The notes under the pieces are model-generated. The model saw only the letters and a program-made list of their open reading frames with translations, was not told the DNA's origin and searched no databases. Source: Octopus sinensis (lineage: Eukaryota). Taken from it: 14,059 nt of DNA. Location of the stretch: NCBI RefSeq assembly GCF_006345805.1, contig NW_021825910.1, positions 1 through 14,059 on the forward strand, read 5' to 3'. Both the position numbers and the translations under genes were made by a program. Of the stretch, positions 7,652 through 14,059 are shown one piece after another. Every line of letters begins with the position of its first letter. The first letter of the stretch is position 1.

Positions 7652-7665
7652 TGTGTATGTGTGTA
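7110..7665. repeat. (CA)-rich tract followed by (TG)-rich tract
   Basis: CA-rich about 7110-7272, TG-rich about 7288-7665. Confidence 0.95.
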
Positions 7666-7767
7666 TAAAAACATGGGGGGGGTTGAAGTTCAGATATAGT
7701 CACACGCCTAACGAGCGTCATTTCTAGAAGCACAGAACCAATACAACCAACAGCAACATCATTAGCA

Positions 7768-7915
7768 GTGGTGGTGGTGATGGTCGTTGTGACGGTGGTG
7801 ATGGTGGTGGTGGTGGTGGTGGTGGTGGTGGTAGTGATGATGGTGATGGTGGTGGTGGTGGTGGTGGTACTGATGGTGGCGGTGGTGGTGGTGGTGGTGG
7901 TGGTGGCGGTGGTGG
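7768..7915. repeat. (GGT)n trinucleotide microsatellite
   Basis: Direct; source of the poly-T/poly-P minus-strand ORFs. Confidence 0.97.
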
Positions 7916-8069
7916 AGTAGAAATTAATGGTGGTAAAACTATTGGAAATTCTAAGCAAAATGACAAACAGAAATAAAGCAAGAAAGAAAGAAAGAAGCCA
8001 AGTGTGTGTTATAAGATGTAATTATTAATAGCAACGGGAAGGAGCCTAATTATACACGGATATAGGTCA

Positions 8070-8114
8070 GTGTGTGTGCATGTCATATATATACATACAT
8101 ACACACACACATAC

Positions 8115-8159
<45 letters not shown>

Positions 8160-8191
8160 TATATATATATATTATATATATATATATATAA
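8070..8191. repeat. Compound TG/CA/CATA/TA microsatellite
   Basis: Direct. Confidence 0.9.
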
Positions 8192-8561
8192 ATAGAGAGT
8201 GTATTTTTACCTTGTTAACAATTAACACGGAAAAATAAATAAATAGGTACCAGGGCAGCAAAAATCTCACAAGATTGCATTGTTATACCATTTATTCTTT
8301 TGAATAGTATCAGTGGAATTTTCGAAACATGTGTCGAAAGTAAAAATATTTGATTACACCTGCGTTAACTCCATTTTTTTTTATTCATATATATATATAT
8401 ATTGGGGCTGGCCAGATTGGAGCAATCTTAAGATTAATCAGCCGAAATTGCGAGGATGATCCGGTTCTTGACTGAAGATTAAAGGCTTCGAATGACCCGT
8501 CCGTGTTTTTTGTATCGTCTATCTGGATGTTTTGCGTTCTTGTCCCATTTTGTATTTCCAA

Positions 8562-8602
<41 letters not shown>

Positions 8603-8607
8603 ACACA

Positions 8608-8686
<79 letters not shown>
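8562..8686. repeat. (TA)-(CA)n-(TA) microsatellite
   Basis: Direct. Confidence 0.95.
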
Positions 8687-8881
8687 GTTAATCCAAACAA
8701 GAAAGCACAAAAAAAACACAACAACGCGAGGACGTGGAACAAATATAGTATTATTGGACGCTCAGGAAAGAAGGAGGGTTTAACGTTTCGAGCGGAGCTC
8801 TTCGTCGGAAACATAGGAAAAGGAAAGATCCGGAGAAGGGAAGACAGAGGGAAAAAAATCGCCAACGGTACACATGCGGCC
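8687..8881 (-). mobile_element. Hammerhead-bearing dispersed repeat, copy 3
   Basis: Bounded by microsatellites on both sides; shares the TTCCTGAGCGT block and the hammerhead motif with copy 1. Confidence 0.55.
8778..8812 (-). ncRNA. Minimal type I hammerhead ribozyme-like motif (HH-3)
   Basis: Minus strand reads GUUU / CCGACGA+A / GAGC-UCC-GCUC / GAA / ACGU / U / AAAC. This gives a 4-bp stem I, 4-bp stem II, palindromic stem III and a GUU triplet. One core deviation (U4>C) and one extra A. Confidence 0.6.
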
Positions 8882-9003
8882 ACATACATACATACACAAC
8901 ATATACATATTTCACATACATGTATATATTTATATATAAGTACACATATATATGCTTGTATAAATGCATATATATATACGCGTCATATATATATATATAT
9001 ATA
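8882..9003. repeat. Degenerate CA/TA microsatellite
   Basis: Direct. Confidence 0.9.
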
Positions 9004-9177
9004 CGTGGTCTGATCAATTAGTATCCGGACTGTTGCCACAGTAACGAGGCTAAAGCATGCCGAGTGAAGCTGCTTGGCACAGATTTGACCTTGGATTCTT
9101 CTGTGCATGTGCACTAAGATTTAACGTTCTAGTTCACTTCCACTATTTGCAGCAGTGCTTGGAAGGAACGTGTGTAG
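9004..9177 (+). mobile_element. Probable mariner 5' end (left TIR plus 5'UTR), truncated before the transposase
   Basis: TA|CGTGGTCTGATCAATTAGTATCCGGACTG resembles the mariner TIR pattern (CG.GG..TG.TCAA.AAGT...) and starts exactly after a TA. Recognition is from memory; no partner TIR is in the window. Confidence 0.5.
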
Positions 9178-9194
9178 AGCCCCTTTAACTGGTA

Positions 9195-9440
9195 ATTAAC
9201 CTCTTGATTAAGGGTCTTCCCCTACCCAGCCTCCTTTATAGACAATTACTTACACATTTCCTAATATCCTGACAATATTTATGACCATACCCGACTATAA
9301 ACTGTCAACTCACTCTGTCTATCCCTTCTAAAAAGACACTGCTCTCTAGCCTTAGATTTGGTAGTTGATATAAAAAAGACTAATATATTAAAAATTAGCC
9401 ACAATCCGTTACAAGCTATGACCCTAACAAACTTCATACA
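9195..9440 (-). pseudogene. Possible highly degraded L1/Tx1-like reverse transcriptase fragment
   Basis: Across frameshifts and stops: KFVRVIACN..LIFNI / VFLEGIDRVS*QFI / GYGHKYCQDIRKCVSN / GWVGE..SRG. The order is colinear with the RT motifs GF..GR.I.DN, FLD.EKAFDRVSW.F, GFG.KF..WI, NGW....RG, but the spacing is shorter than normal. Confidence 0.35.
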
Positions 9441-9681
9441 GTTCTTAGAAGTGTAGTATATTTTGAGCTTCATTAGTAGCAACATGGACTTTTTCCCTCT
9501 TCTTGCTCTATTAGAAAATTTAAGTACAATTATATTGTGTCCAACTGATTTTAAAATTCTATTTATTTATGCAGCTGAGGATAGCCCTGCGTTTAAATGA
9601 TGTAATGGTTGCTTTTGTTCAACTAAATGGAGTTACTTGAAACGGTCGTGCTGCACCACCTCTTGATATCCTGTTGCTTAT

Positions 9682-9686
<5 letters not shown>

Positions 9687-9739
<53 letters not shown>

Positions 9740-9768
9740 TTAACTGAACGTCACGCATCCATTTTCAA

Positions 9769-9834
<66 letters not shown>
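9687..9834. repeat. Two (TA)n tracts separated by a short unique spacer
   Basis: Direct: about 9687-9736 and about 9771-9834. Confidence 0.95.
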
Positions 9835-9835
<1 letters not shown>

Positions 9836-10442
9836 TTTAATTGATGTTTACACTTTGCGAACGATCGTAAGTGTAAATATGTCTGCATATTTAGATATAG
9901 AACGAAGCTATATAAGCACCATCCAATCCAACATATTCGAATATTTAAGCTAACACAAAGTTATCAAGACAATCCAAAATTGGTTGAATTCAAAGAGAAC
10001 CAAGCAAATATCTAAAATATACGAACACAGAAAAAGAACATTAAGAAGAAATATAAAATTCTAAGAAAAGCTAGCTCACCTAGATAACATTGTGTTAGCA
10101 TAAACTTCCGTTTATATTCGTTTGAAGGGTATTTTTGGTCCTGTTTTTCTATATCTAAATTTTCTGACACAATAGAATCGATCGCAATAATGTATTTCGT
10201 AACCATCAATTAAAATTACGATTTTTCTCCATTTTTATTCTTGTTATATATACTGCAGATTTCTTGAAATTCTTCAAAGCGATCTTTGGATTTAGCTATC
10301 ATAAGCGAGGAATTACTTGAGATGTTGATTCTGCTTGAATTTGTTGGTATCTGATTGTTTGATGTAGTTAACCAAGTTCGTTTATCGCTGAGTGCTTTCA
10401 AAATACCTCACTGGATTTATCAATTCCTTTTACTTCTTGTTT

Positions 10443-10578
10443 TATATGTATATATATATTATATGTATATATATGCATATATATCTGTATGCTATAATAT
10501 ATATATATAATATATATATATAATATATTATATATTATAATATGTTAATATATGTAAATATACGTGTGTGTGTGTGTG
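10443..10578. repeat. Degenerate (TA)n ending in (TG)n
   Basis: Direct. Confidence 0.9.
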
Positions 10579-10729
10579 AATTGTTATTAATCCAAAGAAG
10601 TAGAGGACTAGAAGATGTTGAAAATTTACAAGAATTTCTTAGAATTAATTATGATTAGTTAGAATTTAATTAGAATTGAATCAGATAGGAATACACTTGA
10701 CCGGTTTCATGTTAGATTTTCAAAAGTGT

Positions 10730-11033
10730 ATAACCATATGGAGCAACTGTGTCACAAATTATATCTGTCTCAAAGGGTCTTCCAAAAGCGAATTAGGAGC
10801 CAAAATTCATGAAGAGTGGCAGAAAACTGACCCCTCACATGTGCCAACTTAGTCTCAAGTATGCAAAAACGCATCAAAGCGATTATAAAAGCAAAAGCGG
10901 GGCGCATCAAATATGGATTATTGATGGGACAGAATGTAGAATGTTTATTACACTGTTTTCTATTATTAAATAAATGAGTTTCATTCATATTCTCTACTTT
11001 TTTGTACCTTCTCCATAATTTTGGTCAAGGCTA
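10730..11033 (+). mobile_element. Tc1-family DNA transposon 3' fragment (transposase C-terminus plus probable right TIR)
   Basis: SKSELGAKIHEEWQKTDPS / (frameshift) TCANLVSSMQKRIKAIIKAKAGRIKY matches the Tc1 C-terminus EEW.KI...TC..LV.SM..R..AVIKAKGG.TKY. It ends ...CTCCATAATTTTGGTCAAGGCTA directly into a TA tract. Confidence 0.85.
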
Positions 11034-11068
11034 TATATATATATATATTATATATATATATATATATA
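11034..11068. repeat. (TA)n microsatellite
   Basis: Direct. Confidence 0.95.
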
Positions 11069-11280
11069 CTCTTTTACTCTTTTACTTGTTTCAGTCAGTT
11101 GACTGCGGCCATGCTGGAGCCCGCCTTTAATCGAGCAACTCGACCCCGGGACTTATTCTTTTGTAAGCCCAGTACTTATTTTATCGGTTCTCTTTTGCCG
11201 ACCGCTAAGTAACAGGGACATAAACAACCAGCATCGGTTGTCAAGCAATGCTAGGGGGACAAACACAGACACACAAACAC

Positions 11281-11311
<31 letters not shown>

Positions 11312-11474
11312 CGACGGGCGTCTTTCAGTTTCCGTCTACCAAATCCACTCACAAGGCATTGGTCGGCCCGAGGCTATAGTAGAAGACACTTACCCAAGAT
11401 GCCACGCAGTGGGACTGAACCCGGAACCACGTGGTTGGTAAACAAGCTACTTACGACACAGCCACTCCTGCGCC
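11069..11474 (-). mobile_element. SINE-B full length with internal TA/TG microsatellite
   Basis: Head and central domain at 11474-11312, microsatellite at about 11311-11262, 3' domain to a tail AAAAGAGTAAAAGAG at 11069. Confidence 0.9.
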
Positions 11475-11490
11475 TATATATATATTCCAT

Positions 11491-11602
11491 GGACTTCTTC
11501 CAGTTTCTTTCTACCAAATCCACTCACAACGTATTAGTCGGTCCGAGGCTACAGTAGAAACATATTTGCTAAAGGTGCCACGCACTGGAATTGAACTCAG
11601 AA
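11491..11602 (-). mobile_element. Older SINE-B fragment
   Basis: CTACCAAATCCACTCACAA...GTCGGTCCGAGGCTACAGTAGAA...GGTGCCACGCA is homologous to 11336-11410. Confidence 0.75.
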
Positions 11603-11730
11603 TTTAATATATGATTCAGAATAGTAATTGTAAATATCAATTTTGATCAAATTTAATCTTATATAACTCTGCCATAGATAATGTCGTTCAATGTTGATTG
11701 AGTTGCTTGAAGGTGGCTCTGTCTCTTAAA

Positions 11731-11731
<1 letters not shown>

Positions 11732-11772
<41 letters not shown>

Positions 11773-11789
11773 ATATATATATCTATAAT
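11732..11789. repeat. (TA)n microsatellite
   Basis: Direct. Confidence 0.95.
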
Positions 11790-11894
11790 ACAGCGAAAAA
11801 TTCATTTTAGTAACACTAAATTGAATTCTTCTCTCCCTTGTGGACTCGGAAATAACTTCCAATATCTATATATATATTATATAAATAAAATAAT

Positions 11895-12009
11895 ATAAGA
11901 GAGTGGTCACTATATGGCTCACTCTACACTAGTTAATCCAAAAGGTTTCAACCACAAAAATACATGTTTCCCATGAAAGTCGTGAGCCATATAGTGACCA
12001 CTCTCTTAT
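11895..12009. repeat. Perfect 28-bp inverted repeat with 59-bp spacer (MITE-like)
   Basis: ATAAGAGAGTGGTCACTATATGGCTCAC (11895-11922) is the exact reverse complement of 11982-12009. Confidence 0.9.
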
Positions 12010-12144
12010 TTATTTTGTAAAAATATTATAATATATTATAAAATATTATAATAATCCAGGTTTCTCGGAGCACTAGGCCACTTGGTGTTGAATAGATATA
12101 CTATTAAATTAGTATCTAATTCTCTCACCCTTATTAATTAATTA

Positions 12145-12166
12145 TATATATATATATCTAATATAT

Positions 12167-12211
<45 letters not shown>
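12145..12211. repeat. (TA)n microsatellite
   Basis: Direct. Confidence 0.9.
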
Positions 12212-12227
12212 AATTTATTAGACAAAC

Positions 12228-12451
12228 AACTACTATTAGGCAAATCATACAATGAAAAACTTAAGCCAATACCTAAGATTAATAATTTATATTATTTTAA
12301 TATATATCAAAATTATTAAAAAAGATAATCATCTTTTTTTATAACTTTGATATATTTTTAAATAATTTTGATATATATTTAAATAATATAAATTAAATAA
12401 TCTTATGTATTGGCTTAAGTTTTTCATTGTATGATTTGCCTAATAGTGGTT
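12228..12451. repeat. Foldback: near-perfect inverted repeat with arms of about 90 bp
   Basis: ACTATTAGGCAAATCATACAATGAAAAACTTAAGCCAATAC... pairs with ...GTATTGGCTTAAGTTTTTCATTGTATGATTTGCCTAATAGT, and the pairing continues through the AT-rich inner arms with few mismatches. Confidence 0.92.
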
Positions 12452-12548
12452 TTATCTCTAATTTAATATAATTAATATTTTCTATGAAATTGGATTCAAT
12501 CCTAAATCTGATTTTCCCTGTAAGTTTGGATTTATTCCCTAATATTTT

Positions 12549-12597
12549 ATTATTATATATATTATATATATATATATATATAATATATATATAAATA
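12549..12597. repeat. Degenerate (TA)n
   Basis: Direct. Confidence 0.9.
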
Positions 12598-12598
12598 T

Positions 12599-12786
12599 TC
12601 TTTTACTTGTTTCAGTCATTATACTGCGGCCATGCTGGAGCACCGCCTTTACTCGAGCAAATCGACCCAAGGACTTATTCTTTGTAAGCCTAGTACTTAT
12701 TCTATCGCTGACTTTTGCCGAACCGCTAAGTTCTGGGGACGTAAACACACCAGCATCGGTTGTCAAGAGATGGCAAGGAAACAAAC
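12599..12786 (-). mobile_element. SINE-B 3' domain (head absent)
   Basis: Homologous to 11076-11262; abuts a CA/TA tract where the internal microsatellite is expected. Confidence 0.85.
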
Positions 12787-12787
12787 G

Positions 12788-12818
12788 CATACACACACAC
12801 ACACACAACACACACACA

Positions 12819-12859
<41 letters not shown>

Positions 12860-12868
12860 CACACACAT
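12788..12868. repeat. (CA)n/(TA)n microsatellite
   Basis: Direct. Confidence 0.95.
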
Positions 12869-12923
12869 GCTCTTTTAAACCAAGCAATTTTTATAGCAAC
12901 GGTGAGACAATATAATTTGTGAA

Positions 12924-13538
12924 GGCAGACGAAATACCTATTTCTTTTCTGCCCACAAGGGGCTAAACACAGAGGGGACAAACAAGGACAGACAGACGGA
13001 TTAAGTCGATTACATCGACCCCAGTGCGTAACTGGTACTTAATTTATCGACACCCGAAAGGATGAAAGGCAAAGTCGACCTCGGCGGAATTTGAACTCAG
13101 AACGTAACGGCAGACGAAATACCTATTTCTTTATTGCCCACAAGGGGCCAAACACAGAGGAGACAAACAAGGACAGACAAAGGGGTAAAGTCGATTACAT
13201 CTACCCCAGTGCGTAACTGGTACTTAATTTATCGACCCCGAAAGGATGAAAGGCAAAGTCGACCTCAGCGGAATTTGAACTCAGAACGTAACGGCAGACG
13301 AAATACCTATTTCTTTATTGCCCACAAGGGGCTAAACACAGAGGAGACAAACAAGGACAGACAAAGGGGTTAAGTCGATGATATCGACCCCAGTGCACAA
13401 CTGGTACTTATTTAATCGACCCCGAAAGGATGAAAAGCAAAGTGGTCCTCATTGGAATTTGAACTCAGAACGTAGCGGCAGACGAAATACGACTACGCAT
13501 TTCGCCCGGCGTGCTAGCGTTTCTGCCTACTCGTCACC
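12924..13538 (-). mobile_element. Tandem array of SINE-A long-tail units (3 x 184-185 bp plus one complete head)
   Basis: GGCAGACGAAATAC recurs at 12924, 13109, 13293 and 13477; the complete tRNA-like head is only at 13477-13538. Confidence 0.92.
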
Positions 13539-13541
13539 TCC

Positions 13542-13665
13542 TCCCTGAGAACTATATTAAGGGTGCACGTGTCTGTGGAGTACTCGGCCACTTGTTAATT
13601 TCACGAGCATGCTGTTCCGTTGATCGGATTATCTGGAACGATCATCGTCGCCGTCACCGACGGAA
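13542..13665 (+). mobile_element. SINE-C/D 3' tail fragment
   Basis: GAGAACTATATTAAGGGTGCACGTGTCTGTGGAG...TTAATTTCACGAGCA.GCTGTTCCGTTGAT...ACCGACGGA is homologous to 2406-2529. Confidence 0.85.
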
Positions 13666-14059
13666 CGTCAATTATTATTATTTTTTTTCTTTTTTGTTCA
13701 GGTTGCACTCAACCTCAGCATAAAGATGAAGTACCACTCACACCCACACTCAAAACCGGGTAGCTTATAGTCGTGATTCATATCGAGCCCTTCTGGGTAT
13801 TAGCGTGCATCTACGATGAGTCTACGATTTTAAAAAGAATTTACCATCAATTTTTCCCATTTTTAATGCATTTTTGGCATATATAAGGGAAGTAACTCTC
13901 TAAAAATTTATTATTAAATCTCAGAACGTAAAAAGCTACAGTCAAACCCCCCCCCTTAAAACCAAGTTTCCCTTCCCGCCCAAACGCAGCTTATCCTACC
14001 ACAAACTTTGCTCTACTAATTCTCCGCAAATTGTTTGTAAAATCGAGGCGACAGGTTGC

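Noticed and set aside
8295-8340. Hammerhead-like GAAAC ATGT GTC GAAAG
   Set aside because: The upstream core is TTGAATA (two core mismatches) and no stem II forms.
8472-8505. CTGAAGA...CGAATGACCCGTC hammerhead-like string
   Set aside because: GAAT instead of GAAA, and no stem I, II or III pairing.
3566-8889. Numerous ORFs rich in CV, IY, HT, TT or PP
   Set aside because: These are translations of TG, TA, CA and GGT microsatellites, open only because the repeats lack stop codons.
9847-9877. 13-bp hairpin as a Helitron 3' end or terminator
   Set aside because: No CTRR follows it and there are no other Helitron features; short hairpins arise by chance in AT-rich DNA.
12924-13476. CRISPR-like array
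   Set aside because: The units are 184-bp SINE sequence with no unique spacers, and the context is eukaryotic.
13681-13760. Plus-strand exon after a strong polypyrimidine-CAG acceptor at 13701
   Set aside because: The T-tract may be a SINE tail, the following donor (GTAGCT) is weak, there is no recognisable peptide, and it cannot be supported without RNA data.
13937-13965. TA-CAGTCAAACC as a pogo/Tigger-like TIR start
   Set aside because: Only about 10 nt resemble the motif, with no partner TIR or transposase in the window.

Overview
AT-rich, repeat-saturated, apparently non-genic animal DNA. The mix of very long TA/CA/AAT microsatellites and several tRNA-derived SINE families looks like an octopus (coleoid cephalopod) intron or intergenic region; this is inference from recalled repeat style, and no search was run. 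No intact host protein-coding gene is supported, and nearly all ORFs in the track are microsatellite or SINE artefacts. Supported content: (1) a 5'-truncated R4/Dong-type non-LTR retrotransposon 3' end (RLE endonuclease C-terminus plus 3'UTR) sitting between (AAT)n tracts; (2) four tRNA-headed SINE types, here labelled A-D, in about 17 full or partial copies, including a 3 x 184 bp tandem array and a tail-to-tail inverted pair; (3) a Tc1 transposase 3' end and a probable mariner 5' end, both abutting TA tracts; (4) two foldback/MITE-like inverted repeats; (5) three minus-strand minimal hammerhead-ribozyme-like motifs with palindromic stem III, of the dimer-requiring kind known from Penelope-like elements. 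Two of these belong to one dispersed repeat family, carry an extra A after the CUGANGA core and show a compensatory base-pair change in stem I. They are the most interesting signal in the window.
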